A stretch of DNA of 64,000 bases from the NCBI GenBank assembly GCA_024137785.1, contig JAHRHZ010000087.1, positions 17,984,258-18,048,257 of the forward strand. The letters are read 5' to 3'. The stretch is from Ginglymostoma cirratum (taxonomy: Eukaryota). Below are positions 13,043 through 25,577 of this stretch, one piece after another. Made by a program: the position numbers and the translations under genes. The notes below the pieces were generated by a model that had not been told where the DNA came from, did no database searches, and saw only the letters and a program-made list of their open reading frames with translations. The stretch's first letter is position 1. Each line of letters starts with the position of its first letter.

Positions 13043-14277
13043 TGTGAGCAGGATCCAAGTCAGGACCTTCATCTGCCTATCATCTACTTCAAGTGGGTGC
13101 CCTGGAAATTTGGAAATTGCTGAATTCCAATTGACAGTTGCCGTACATTGGGGAAGGCCAGGTGTGAGAGATTGTTCTGGAATATTGGCCCTTTTAAGTC
13201 CAATTTTCACCCAAAAAGGCATGATGTGAACCAATTTTGCAACATCAGATGCAAAATACATTCATTGTACAATGACACTTTTATATTCTGTGTATACATA
13301 CAAGTGAAACATTAATCATACATATTGTCCACAGTCTGATTGCATGCATTCTACAACAGTTAGAATGTAATGAAGCAAATGCAGAAGGAAACATTGCCGT
13401 TCCAAATAAAATATTCCAATCTGGGAATCACAACATATTTAGAACAATTTACATTTTTAAAAAAATTTAATGACTCTTCTTTTTCTATTTATTCTGTTTT
13501 CTCCTCTCAAATACACTGACTTCTTGATAAGATATAGTTCCATGGGCACATGTTATGCTTCTGTACCTTCCCTCAGTGATGACTATTCACATGTACATCA
13601 TCCGGTGATTCAACAGCAGGCGACATTGGATCAGTCTCACTTGTATCTGCATCATATGACCTGTGGTGGTGTGTTACAGATGATTCAAGAAGTTTCAGTT
13701 GCTGTAGCAACATGCGCATGCGTGTTGGATATGATGCTAGAGGCTCCAACTTTCTTTCCATCGTATTGCTGAGCAGGAAATTCTCCTGCTTTTATTATCT
13801 GCAATTGGCATGTGTTGGAAGGATTTGCAGGTTGATAATCCACTTGCTTGACTTCATTATAGATGCACCTACCTTGGCCATCAAATCCTGAGATGGAATT
13901 TGAACTTAGAGCTTCTAATTCACAGACAACTACCTTAACACTCAGCAAAGAAAATATGACACAAAACTAGGTCCAACACCAATTGGTCTGCCTAATCTGA
14001 TCCAACTGGATCTGATAAAGCAACACTCACCGTTGTGCAATTTATTGCTTTAGCCAAACTCCAATACTTTACTAATTAATGTATAACTTCCATTAATTTT
14101 CTTGGAAAGGAAGCACAGTAGAATTAGGGTTAACTTCCAGTACAGTTTTGGTGACAAAATGAGAATGATTTTGAGGAGATTTTAGCTGGTGGTTGGTATA
14201 ATACCATATTGAATTTTGTGTTGCTAAATTGGATTATACTAGTCATTGGTTTGCATTGGTGATTACAATATAAACAA

Positions 14278-17200
14278 ACAGGGAAATTGCTAGAGCTCTT
14301 TGGGAGGGTTTAAACTAGTTTGGCAGGGAGATGGGCACTGGAGCTACAGATCAGAGGATGGGGTAGCCAGTATACAGGCAGATAGAGCAAGCAGTGAGTC
14401 TGTGAGGAAGGATAAGCAGTTGATAGGGCAAAGTGGCAGTCAGTGTGACGGGTTGAGGTGTGTCTACTTCAATGCAAGGAGTGTCAGGAATAAGGGTAAC
14501 GAAATTAGAGCATGGATCAGCACTTGGAACTACAATGTTGTGGCCTTTACGGAGACTTGGATAACACAGGGGCAGGAATAGTTGTTGGATGTTCCGGGTA
14601 TAGATGTTTCAAAAGAAATTGGGAAGGTGGTAAAAGAGGTTGGGGAGTGGCATTGCTAATCAGGGATGGTATCACAGCTGCAGAAAGGGAGGTTGTGGAG
14701 GAGGGTTTTTCCACTAAGTCGGCATGGGTGGAAGTTAGAAACAGGAAAGGAGCAATCACTTTCTTGGGAGTTTTCTATAGACTCCCCCAATAGCAACAGA
14801 GACACTGAGGAACAGATTGGGAGACAGATTTTGGAAAGGCGCAGAAGTAATAGGGCTGTTGTCATGGGTGACTTCAACTTCCCTAATATAGACTGGAACC
14901 TCTTAAATGCAAATAGTTTGGATGGAGCAGATTTTGATAGGTGTGTCCAAGAAGGATTTCTGACTCAATATGTAGATAGACCAACTAGAGGGGAGGCAAT
15001 ATTGGATTTGGTGCTTGGCAACGAACCAGGTCAGGTGTCAGATCTCTCAGTGGGAGACCATTTCGGTGATTGTGATCACAACTCCCTGACTTTTACTATA
15101 GTCATGGAGAGGGATAGGAGCAGACGGTATGGGAAAGTATTTAATTGGGGGAGGGGGAGTTACTATGTTATTAAGCAAGAACTACGGAGCACCAAATGGG
15201 ATCAGATGTTCTCAGGGAAATGCATGAAATAATTGTGGAGGTTGTTTAGGGAGCAATTGCTATAGGTACTGGATATGTTTGTCCCACTGAGGCAAAGAAG
15301 GGATGGTAAGGTGAATGAACCTTGGATGACAAGACATGTGGAACATCTAGTCAAGAGAAAGGAGGAAGCTTACTTAAGGTTGAGGAAGCAAGGATTGGAC
15401 AGGGCTCTAGAGGTCTACAAGGTAGCCAGAAAGGAACTGAAGAATGGACTTAGGAGAGCTAGAAGGGGGTATGAGAAAACCTTGGTGGGTAGGATCAAGG
15501 AAAACCCCAAGGCTTTCTAAACTTATGCAAGGAACAAGAGGATGGCCAGAGTGATGGTAGGGCCAATCAGGGACCGTGGAGTGAACTAGTATGTGGAGTC
15601 GGAGGAGGTAGGGGAGGTCCTTAATGAATACTTTGCTTCAGTATTCACCAATGAGAGGGACCTTGACGTTTGTGAGGACAGCATGAAACAGGCAGATATG
15701 CTCAAACAGGTTGTTGTTAGGAAGGAGGATGTGCTAGAAATCTTGAAAAACATGAGGATAGATAAGTCCCCTGGGCCAGACGAGATACACGCAAGATTTC
15801 TATGGGAAGCGAGGGAAGAGATTGATGCCCCTTTGGCAATGATCTTTGTGTCCTCACTGTCCACTGGTGTAGTACTAGAAGATTGGAGGGTGGAAAATGT
15901 CATTCCCTTGTTCAAGAAAGGGAATAGGGATAATCCTGGAAATTACAGACCAGTCAGTCTTACTTCTGTGGTCGGCAAATTATTGGAGACGATTCTGAGA
16001 GATAGTATTTATGATTATTTGGAAAAGCACAGTTTGATTAGAAATAGTCAGCATGGCTTTGTGAGGGGCAGATCACGCCTCATAAATCTTATTGAATTAT
16101 TTGAGGATGTGGCAAAACACATTGATGAAGGTAGAGCAGTGGATGTGGTGTATATGGATTTTAGCAAGGCATTAGATAAGGTTCCACATGGTAAGCTCAT
16201 TCAGAAAGTAAGGAGGCATGGGATTCAGGGAAATTTGGCAGTCTGGATACAAAACTGGCTGTCCAATAGAAGACAGAGGGTGGTAGTAGATGGAAAGTAT
16301 TCAGCCTGGAGCTCGGTGACCAGTGGTGTGCCACAGGGATCTGTTCTGGGACCTCTGCTCTTTGTGATATTTATAAATGACTTGGATGAGGAAGTGGAAG
16401 GGGGGGTTAGTAGGTTTGCCAATGACATAAAGGCTGGTGGAGTTGCGGACAGCGTGGAGGACTTTTGTAGGTTGCAACGGGACATTGACAGGATGCAGAG
16501 CTGGGCATAGGAGTGGCAGATGGAATTCAACCCAGAGAAGTGTGAAGTGATTCATTTTGGAAGGTCAAATTTAAATGCAGAATACAGGGTTAATGGCAGG
16601 GTTCTTGGTAGTGTGAAGGAACAGAGAGATCTTGGGGTCCACGTCCCTAGATCCCTCAAAGTTGCCACCCAAGTTGATAGGGCTGTAAAGAAGGCGTAGG
16701 GTGTGATGGCTTTCATTGGCAGGGGAAAAGAGCCGTGAGGTTGTGCTGCAGCTCTATAAAACTCTGGTGAGACTACACGTGGAATATTTCTGGTGACTTC
16801 ATTACAGGAAAGATGTTGAAGCTTTAGAGAAGGTGCAGAGGAGATTTACCAGGATGCTGCCTGGACTGGAGGGCAAGTTTTATGAGGAAAGGTTGAGGGA
16901 GCACGGGCTTTTTTCTTTGGAGCGAAGAAGGATGAGAGGTGACTTGATAGAGGTTTACAAGATGATGACAGGCATAGATAGAGTGGATAGTCTGAGACTT
17001 TTTCCCAGGGCGGAAATGACTATTACGAGGGGGCATAATTTTAAGGTGATTGGAGGAAGGTATAGGGGAGATGTCAGAGGTAGGTTCTTCACACAGTGAG
17101 TGGTGGGCGTGTGGAATGTGCTGCCGCCAGTGGTAGCGGAGTCAGATACTTTAGAGACTTTTAAGCAACTCTTGGATAGGCACATGGAGGATAGTGAAAT

Positions 17201-17305
17201 GTAGGGTATGCAGGGTAGTTTGATCTTAGTAGGATAACAGGTCGGCACAGCATCATGGACCAAAGGGCCTGTACTGTGCTGTACTGTTCTATGTTCTATG
17301 TTCTA
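14278..17305 (+). mobile_element. CR1 LINE, 5'-truncated: end of ORF1 plus essentially complete but disrupted ORF2 (APE endonuclease + reverse transcriptase)
   Basis: APE motifs YFNARS, TETW, VMGDFNFPNIDW, LDLVL, DHN. RT motifs KSPGPD, NYRPVSLTSVVGK, QHGF, YMDFSKA, GVPQGSVLGPLLF; catalytic FADD mutated to FAND. Several stops and frameshifts. 3' tail (ttctatg)n at 17287-17305. Confidence 0.97.
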
Positions 17306-19930
17306 AAAGTACGGGAAGTCAAGGCACCGTGAACTACCAATAAAAGAACAAAAAATTAAGTTACACATTAGCAGGAGGCTGACTGTCCAGCAACTTGACT
17401 GGAGAATCTGGTGCTGATCTCTGATAGTGAACTATCATACTCCCTTCCCCCTAATTACACATTTTCCAAATAAACCATAAACAACTTTAATTCTCGACCT
17501 GCCTATTAGAATTACACATTAGCCCAACAGTGGACCTTCATTTCATAAAATCTGATAGATCGTAAATTGTCGTGCGCATGTTTCTTTGTGTTAATTGTGT
17601 CACAACCCCTAGTGGGAATAGTGCACCAGAAATCAAGCCCCAGTGTTCCGTATATTTTTGCAAGCATAAAATACGATCAATTTAATCCCAAGAAAGGTTA
17701 ATGCTTGACTGTGTCTGCTATCTAAGACAAAATATACTCACAGTAGGCTCCATGAATAAACAAGAAAGCAAAAACTTATTTACTACAACTTATTTACTAT
17801 CCTTTAGCATGCAGCAGAAACAGATTACTAATTATTAATATGTAAACTTAAACTATACCCCCATTAAATCCAAACACAGGCACATGTTGCTGGCCAGTTA
17901 CATTCTAATCCCTGAAGACACTTAGTGCGTTCCATAAAACCATCTAGATCTAGCTTCCAGCAAAGTTATATACTATTGTGTAATCATTAAGTGACTATAC
18001 AGTTCCACTTTTGCTTTGAGATGTGAAAAAAGAATGACTAATAATCCAACCTGACATTTTCCATTTTGTATGTCTAAATAAAATCTGTGTAGTCTTTATC
18101 GTTGACTTTACGTAGCTTTAATTTGGAGGGTTGCGGAATGGAGTGGGGAGGTGATTTACACTAGAAGGATAAGTATTAACAACAGTTTTCATTTTTAATG
18201 GATATTTAGAAATCGTTAGCTGGAAGTAAGCAAGTGTATTTTTTCAGTGATGACTTGACCGTACTGGCCACAATTGGAAGGTCATATTAACTACTGAAGT
18301 TATTAATTGAAATTCAATTGGGGTAGAAGACCTATAAACAGCAGTTAGGTAAACAAAGAGTTAATTTGCTTTGGTGGTCTTGATTTTGTCTTGATTTAGT
18401 CCTTAACTTGGTTTGGCGGTGATGGACATTGGGAAATTTCCCCTGCTCTTCTCCAAATTGATGTTTCTTACTTCTAAATTGATAGGCAAACATGGCCAAG
18501 ATTTTGACTCTTATCTAAAGGATGCCAGTTGACATTGCAACATGAGCTCTGTAATTCAGCTAAGTGACGAGTGGGATTTTACACTATGTTTTAATTTACT
18601 GTCTTTTAGTCCCTTCACTTTGCAGCAGTAGCATGTGTAATGCAGAATAATCAAAGTTTTACTATTAAATGAGCCTGTTTATTGTGATCTTCATTGCGTT
18701 TATGAGTCAATTGGAACAATTTTGTTATATTTCATGAAAACTAATAACAAATTTATCTCCTAATTTATTGTTAATTTCCAAGTGATTTAATATTGTGCAA
18801 ACTGGTTGATTTAGATTTATTTTGTGTCTTAGACACAGTTTATGACTCATAAATTCAACCAATGATACATTTGCTGGAGAATTATCCTTAAATAGAATCA
18901 AATGAATAATTCTACCCTTATTAGGCATTATAAAAAGGCCATGCAAAAAAAAAAATCATCAATGATACAACATACAAAAGAAATAGACTCATTAAAAACC
19001 TTGAGTTCACCTCAATCGTCATCTTTCCAAAGCTAGGTGATAATAAGTGTAAATTAAATGCAGTGATCTCTAAATCAGAGATGGAATATGAAAGTATTTA
19101 ATCATTGGTAAAAATACTTCTACTGTAATTTCAGTGTGACTCAGTCTGATGCAGACATTATGTTAAGTGCATGATAAAATAATCTAAGGATTTATGGTTG
19201 GCTCTGGTGTTCAGTGTAAAACATTACTGCACAAGTGGTTGAATTGGCTGTTTAACTGAAATTTAAGCCTTTTAACCTGATTAACAATGAGTAACATCTG
19301 GGAACTATCAATTAAGTCCAGGCCTATCAGTAACTGTATTTACTGAGATCAAAGTTTCTGCATTGCCGGCAATCAGTGAACCTGATGCAAACTGCACTTA
19401 TTTTGAAATGAATTTCTATTTCCACCGAGTTTATGTGCAAGTGCAATTGCATCAAGGTGAATGCAAAATTAACTATGGACAGAGCTTAACAGAGCTGCGA
19501 TAGGACCTGTTCAGAAGGGTCACTACACACTGCAGCACACCGGTCTGCAGATGGAAGAAGAAGAACACCTCTACAGGGTCTTTACCAGGAATGGATATCG
19601 CCGTAGCTTCATTCACAGATGCCTAGCCAACAGACAACACAACCAGGACACACCAAAACCCGAAACAATAACCACCGTATCATATATAAAAGAACCTCAG
19701 AACTGACAGCCAGACTAGTCAGACCGCTAGGAATCATGACAGCACACAAACCGGCAGCTGCACTAAGACAGCAACTGACCAGGGTTAAAGACCCAATAGA
19801 TACCGTGGATAGGACGAATGTGGTTTACAAGATACCATGTGGAGACTACACAAAATATGAGACAAAGAGGCAGGCAACCAGCAACCAGTAACCACGAACA
19901 CCAGCTGGCAACTAAACAACACAACCAGAT

Positions 19931-20057
19931 GGCCAAGCAGCATCAGAGGAGCAGGAAAGCTGACTTTTCGGGTCTAGGCTGCTTGGCCTGCTGTGTTCAT
20001 CCAGCTCTACACCTTGTTATCTCAGATTCTCCAGCATGTGCAGTTCCCACTATCTCT
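19931..20057. mobile_element. 127-bp PLE-A mini-insertion (two inverted pLTR ends) nested in PLE-B, with 13-bp TSD
   Basis: TSD aacacaaccagat at 19918-19930 and 20058-20070. The host frame HEHQLATKQHNQ|MSL resumes after it. Confidence 0.85.
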
Positions 20058-20339
20058 AACACAACCAGATGTCCTTGTTTTCAATCCACAAACGAGAAAA
20101 ACCACACTTTCAACTGGGCCAACACTATAATCATAGGACAAGCCAAACAGAGGACAGCCAGGGAATTCATGGAGGCTCGGCATTCATCTGTGGACTCCAT
20201 CAGCAAACACATTGAATTAGACCCGATACACTGACCATTACAACGGCCAACCGGAACTGGCACCTACTGGAAGCAGTAAAAACCGGACCACATAAACTCA
20301 AACCAGCACAAGACAACAGCACTTCACAGGAGGCTCCAC

Positions 20340-20381
20340 AGCACTGAGGATGTCACCTAGTAAGGGGACGAAACGTCTGCT
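20340..20381 (+). ncRNA. Minimal hammerhead ribozyme motif (PLE-B)
   Basis: agca-CTGAGGA-tgtcacctagtaaggggac-GAAAC-GTC-tgct; stem I agca/tgct. Confidence 0.78.
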
Positions 20382-20999
20382 ATCTAACCTCCCAGCCTGG
20401 TGAACACACCAACAACTACAACCAGCACCCAAGCTACAAATCTTCACTCCAACCCTAAACAGAACTTTACAATATAATATGAAAATATCATTTTGTTTCA
20501 AGATTATTTCTTGATATATTTAAATACAGCAAGTTGATATGTTTGATTAAAGCAGCAAAAAAAAGCATTTAAATCAGTGTCAATTTACTATTTGAGTTAC
20601 TCAGTAACTGATTTTAAATATATGTTATTATTTTTTGACACAGGGTGATTATTCAACAAATTTTGACATGAAGCCACATACAAGAGATATTAGGGCTGAT
20701 GACCTGTGAGTAACCATATTTTATATTACTGGAGATGACGCTTTTAAAATATACAAAATTATTTTCTAGTTAGCCTAGTACAGTATAGTCAGTTTTACAA
20801 GTAAATTTTCAAACTTTATAGAGGAGCAACTTATTCCATCATGATGGATTTAAAGATCACACAAACGTAAGCTGTGATCTACACAAATTGAGCTTAAAAT
20901 TCCACAATCTTTTGTGCAAGTTACATTGACATCAGAGAAAGAAAACAATGCACTGAATAGAACATCAGACCACTGTGTTAATTTTATACTAACTGCATC

Positions 21000-21400
21000 A
21001 GCTTTGATTCAGTTGGTAGCTCTCTGACTCGTATGTTCTTGTCCCACTCCAGGGATATGAGCCAAAATATCTACGTTGATAAACCAATGCAGTACTGAGG
21101 GAGTCCTGCACTGTCAAAGGCACCATTTTTCTCATAAGCTGTTTCAACCAATATTCTGTCTGCTCTCTCCGGTTGATGTGATGGTATTAGTTCAAACATA
21201 GACAAGGGATTCTCACTTGATATCCTAAGCAATATTTATCCCTCAATCAACATCACTAAACAAATTTGCCTGGTGATTCTCATGCATTGTCTGTGTGCAA
21301 GTTGGCTGCTATGATTCCTGAGATACCTCAGTGACTACATATCAAAAGTACTTTGATGATTCAAATGTGCTATGAATATTGTGGTGTCTGGAATGACAAT
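21000..21400 (+). mobile_element. Deu-domain SINE (SacSINE1/AmnSINE1-like), diverged
   Basis: gtactgagggagtcctgcactgtc...aatatttatccctcaatcaacatcactaaac...ttggctgc...cagtgactacatatcaaaagtac matches my recollection of the Deu-SINE consensus. Confidence 0.7.
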
Positions 21401-22448
21401 TTTTCATTTAATTTCAGTACAAAAATAGTACATGAATAAAATCATTATTGGTCAGACAATGGTCCACACAGAAGCTACACTTTACTGTACAAACATTTTT
21501 TTTAAGTCATCTTTGTTTCAGTTTTTTTTTGACAAATTGTTTTTATTCAGTCAGTGATAAAAAAAGATTTGCTTTGAGTAACTTTACGCAAAGGTATGTT
21601 TGCTCATTTGCTGATGCTCTAGTTACTCAATTTGACAGAAGTATTACACCATCCATCATCCAACTTATTCCATTTCCTGGCCAATAAATATTAGCATTTT
21701 AAATGGAGGCTTTTTGAATATTCACAATTGCTAACAAACTCTAGAGTAAAATTATTTATTTGGACCAATTTTGCAGTCGTTGGAATTTGATGGTGAGCTT
21801 GAAGAAAGAAGCCCACAAAGATCTCTCTATGATGTGGTTTTGCCCTTTCCTGATTACAATTTGTGCTTGTTGCCAAGTCAAGAGGTTGCTTGGTATACAG
21901 CAGCAATGATGCCAGCAAACAGCTGAATAACATCACACTGAAGCATTTATACACAGTAAAGTACTCAGTTAAAAGCAATTTTAATTCAAATTTTAAGATA
22001 GTGAAATAAATTATTAGGATTAGGCTAAAATAGAAGCTGAAATGAAGATGAACACTATTGAGAAAGGATTTTCAAAAATCTGTGGATTTTTTTTTAATAA
22101 CCATATTGGAGAAATGTAACTCTTCACTGACATGAAATTGAATTCTCAGGAATGTCAGCTGTGATTAGTTGGTAACACACTTTTGTCTGATTCACCAGGT
22201 TGGAGTTTGGACTTTCACTCCCCCAGGGACCTGAGTTCAAAAGTCAGTATTCTACTGAGGGAGTGCTACAATGTTGGAGGTATAGTCCTTCAGATGAGAT
22301 GTTAAAGTGAGACTGTCTACTTTCTAAGGTGCACATAGAACAGCCCATCGAACTGGAGATAGTAGGAACTGCCATTGCTGGAGTCTGAGGTAACAAGGTG
22401 TAGAGCTGGATGAACACAGCACACCAGGAAGCATCAGAGGAGTAGGAA

Positions 22449-22484
22449 AGCTGACGTTTCAGGTCTGGACCCTTCTTCAGAAAT
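22449..22484 (-). ncRNA. Minimal hammerhead ribozyme motif (PLE-A subfamily)
   Basis: Reverse complement attt-CTGAAGA-a-gggtccagacct-GAAAC-GTC-ag. Confidence 0.68.
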
Positions 22485-24278
22485 GGGGGAGGGAACGGGA
22501 ACTCTGAAATAAATAGAGAGAGAGGTAGGCGATGATGGAAGGTGGATAAAGGAGCAGATAGGTGGAGAGAAGAAGAGAGAGAAGGTCAAGGAGGCGGGGA
22601 TGGAGCCAGTAAAGGTGGGTGTAGGTAGGGAGTTGGGATGGGGGTTGGCCAGTTGAGGGAAGATGGACAGGTCAAAGAGGCGGGGATGAGGCTAGTAGGT
22701 AGGAGTGGGTGTGGGGGTTGGTCAGTGAGGTGGGAGGATCAGATAGGTTGGAGAAAAGCTGGACAGATCAATGAGGCAGGCACGAGCTGGGCTGGTCTTG
22801 GGCTGAGGTCGGGGGTGGGGAGATTTTGAAGCTTGTGAAGTCCACATTGAGACCATTGGGCTGCAGGGTTCCCAAGCGAAATATGAGGTGCTGTTCCTGC
22901 AGCCTTCGGGTGGTATCGTTGTGGCACTGGAGGAGGTCCAGGATGGACATGTCATCCAAGGAGTGGGAGGGGGAGTTGAAGTGGTTTACGACTGGGAGGT
23001 GCAGTCGTTTGTCATGAACCGAGCGTAGGTGTTCCACAAAGTGGTCCCCAAGCCTCCGCTTGGTTTCACCGATGTAGAAGAGGCCACATCGGGAAGAGTG
23101 GATACAATATACCACAGTAGCAGACGTGCAGGTGAACATCTGTTTAATGTAGAAGGTCTTCTTGGGGCCTGGGATGGGGGTGAGGAGGGAGGTATAGGGG
23201 CAGGTGTAGCACTTCCTGTGATTGCAGGGAAAAGTGCCAGGGGTGGTGGGGCTAGTGGGGAGTATGGAGCGGATGAGGGAGTCACGGAGAGAGCAGTCCT
23301 TCCGGAAGGCAGATAAGGGTGGGGATGGAAAAATGTCCTTGGTAGTGGGATCAGATTGCAGATGGTGGAAGTGGTGGAGGATGATGTGTTGAATCTGGAG
23401 GTTGGTGGGGTGATATGTCAGGATGAGGGGGATTCTGTTTTGGTTGTTATTGTGGGGAGGAGGTGTGAGGGATGAGTTGCGGGAAATGCGAGTGATGTGG
23501 TCGAGGGCGTTTCTGACCACTGTGGGGGGAAATTGTGGTCCTTGAAAAATGAGGACATCTGGGATGTCCGGGAGTGGAACGCCTCATCTCGGGAGCAGAT
23601 GCGGCGGAGGCGAAGGAATTGGGAATAGGGGATGGCATTCTTGCAGGAAGGTGCGTGAGAGGAGGTGTATTCTAGGTAGCTGTGGGAGTTGGTGGGCTTG
23701 AAATAGCTATTGGTTTCCAGGTGGTTGCCAGAGATGGAAACAGAGAGGTCCAGGAAGGAGAGAGAAGTATCGGAGATGGTCCAGGTGAACTTAAGGTTGG
23801 GGTGGAAGGTGTTACTGAAGTGGATGAATTGTTCGAGCCTCCTCTTGGGAGCATGAGGCAGTGCCGATACAGTCATCGATGTAACAGAGGAAGAGGTGGG
23901 GTTTAGGGCCAGCGTAGCTGCGGAAGCTTCAAAAGCTTCAAAATCTCCCCACCCCCGACCTCATCCCAAAACCAGCCCAGCTCGTCCCCGCCTCCTTGAC
24001 CTGTCCATCTTTTCTCCCAACTATCTGCTCCTCCCACCTCACTGACCAACTCCCACCCCCACCTCCTACCTACCAGCCTCATCCCTGGCTCCTTAACCTG
24101 TCCGTCTTCCTCAACTGACCAACCCCCATCCCAACTCCTTACCTACACTCACCTTTACTGGCTCCATCCCTGCCTCCTTGAGCTGTCCGTCTTCTCTCCA
24201 CCTCTCTGCTCCTTTATCCACCTTCCATCATCGTCTCCCTCTCTCTCTATTTATTTCACAGTTCCCGTTCCCTCCCCC

Positions 24279-24314
24279 ATTTCTGAAGAAGGGTCCAGAC
24301 CTGAAACGTCAGCT
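24279..24314 (+). ncRNA. Minimal hammerhead ribozyme motif (PLE-A subfamily)
   Basis: attt-CTGAAGA-a-gggtccagacct-GAAAC-GTC-agct. Confidence 0.68.
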
Positions 24315-24770
24315 TTCCTACTCCTCTGATGCTGCCTGGCCCGCTATGTTCATCCAGCTCAACACCTTGTTACCATCGAACTGGAGACTGGTTATCCTTA
24401 TTGTACAGGCCAATATTTATTTGCCAATTAACATCACAAGAAAGGATTATTTGACCATAATCACGCTATTGCTATTCATGGGAATTTGCTGTATACAAAT
24501 TGGCAGTTGTGTTTGAAATCACAACAGGGACTGCACTTCAAAAGGACTTTACTTTCTGTAAAGGACTTTGAAATGCCTAATGGTCACGAGGTGGTATACA
24601 AATACATATCTTTTTATTCTTTTGAAAGTAGCAGTTATAAATTTAATGCACTTAAAACCACAGTTACACTTGGGCTAACAAGTTGCTTTTCACCACATTA
24701 AGAGTGGAAATTCTCATCCATTCCATTGATTGCTCAGTGATTGTAATCTGGGAGTATATCAACAACTTAC

Positions 24771-24852
24771 TCTCTGTAGAAGCGTAGAATCACAGAAAGC
24801 AACATTTGGAGTTCCATGCACGTACAGATACCAGAAGTTGCTGTCAGCTTCA
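24771..24852 (-). CDS. Candidate internal host exon (82 bp), peptide EADSNFWYLYVHGTPNVAFCDSTLLQR; gene unidentified
   Basis: Minus strand tattattccag|TGAAGCT...CAGAGA|gtaagt. Perfect donor, open frame, CpGs retained, not recognisably repeat-derived. Confidence 0.35.
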
Positions 24853-25212
24853 CTGGAATAATAATAGTTGACAGTGATGGTTTCACCAAAATTACTAACT
24901 CAAAATCTAGGCTACTTAGTATGAGTGAGGATATTATCAAGGAAAGTAACAGCTCAAAATCTAAATTCTGTGGGCACAAAATAATATTACTAGTAAATTT
25001 TACACCTGCCAGATGATGCATTTCAGTGATGGAAAGTATATTCAAATACTGTGCACAGAATGTTCCAATGTTAATTTTCTAAATATTTCTTAATAATGAG
25101 AAACCTAATCCAAGACTAAAGGTTGCATTGTGTGAACTGTACAGGCTGAAAGAAGAATATTTTTTGCAAGTACAAATTGCATTGAATATTGTTATTAACA
25201 GATTACAGATTA

Positions 25213-25577
25213 GGGGAGGCGATGGCCTACTGGTATTATCGCTGGACTGTTAATCCAGAGACCCAGATAACATTCTGGGGTCCAGGTTTAAATCCTACTA
25301 TGGCTAATGCTGGAATTTGAATGTAATAAATATCTGGAATTAAGAATCTTATGATGACTGAGAATCCATTGTCAATTGTTGGGGAAAAAAACCATCTGGC
25401 TCACTAATGTCCTTCAGGAAAGGAAACTGCCATCTTTACCTGGTCTGGTCTATATGTGACTTGAGACTCACAGAAATGTGATTGACTCTTAACTGCCCTC
25501 TGGACAATTAGGGATGACCAAAAAAAGCTGCCTAGCCAGTGACAGCCCTCATTCCATGAATGAATGAAGGAAAGAAA
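25213..25577 (+). mobile_element. tRNA-derived SINE sharing its 5' ~290 bp with the LINE at 27751
   Basis: A-box tggcctactgg, B-box ggtttaaatcc (25285-25295), (atga)n tail. Confidence 0.8.

Larger units (their letters stand above)
19492..20455 (+). mobile_element. PLE family B (Penelope/Poseidon-like) 3' fragment: RT thumb, GIY-YIG and pLTR
   Basis: Peptides LVRPLGIMTAHKP, VKDPID..RTNVVYKIPC, HEHQLA, FNWANT..AREFMEA.HS..SISKHIELDP. Homologous to 40700-41437. Confidence 0.88.
22360..24372 (-). mobile_element. PLE family A (Neptune-like), 5'-truncated just upstream of the RT YIDD motif, with inverted pLTR and 15-bp TSD
   Basis: Minus strand reads HLFLCYIDDCIG (~23865-23900), thumb KPTNSHSYLEYTSSH..IPYSQFLRLRRICS, then GIY-YIG VVYCIHSSRCGLFYIGETKR, with frameshifts. 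Inverted pLTR at 23924-24372. TSD ccatcgaactggaga at 22345-22359 and 24373-24387. Confidence 0.95.
22165..24615 (+). mobile_element. Deu-domain SINE split by a PLE insertion (halves ~22165-22359 and 24373-24615)
   Basis: tactgagggagtgctacaatgttggagg..cagatgagatgttaaa on the left continues as ggccaatatttat..aacatcac..aaattggcag..cacttcaaaag on the right. Confidence 0.7.

Noticed and set aside
15593-16510. 305-aa reverse transcriptase ORF as a functional or domesticated gene
   Set aside because: It is part of a CR1 copy with flanking stops and frameshifts and a mutated catalytic motif (FAND).
4275-24372. Recurring near-identical C-rich/G-rich blocks resembling a repeat array or CRISPR
   Set aside because: They are dispersed PLE pseudo-LTRs; there is no repeat-spacer periodicity and no cas genes.
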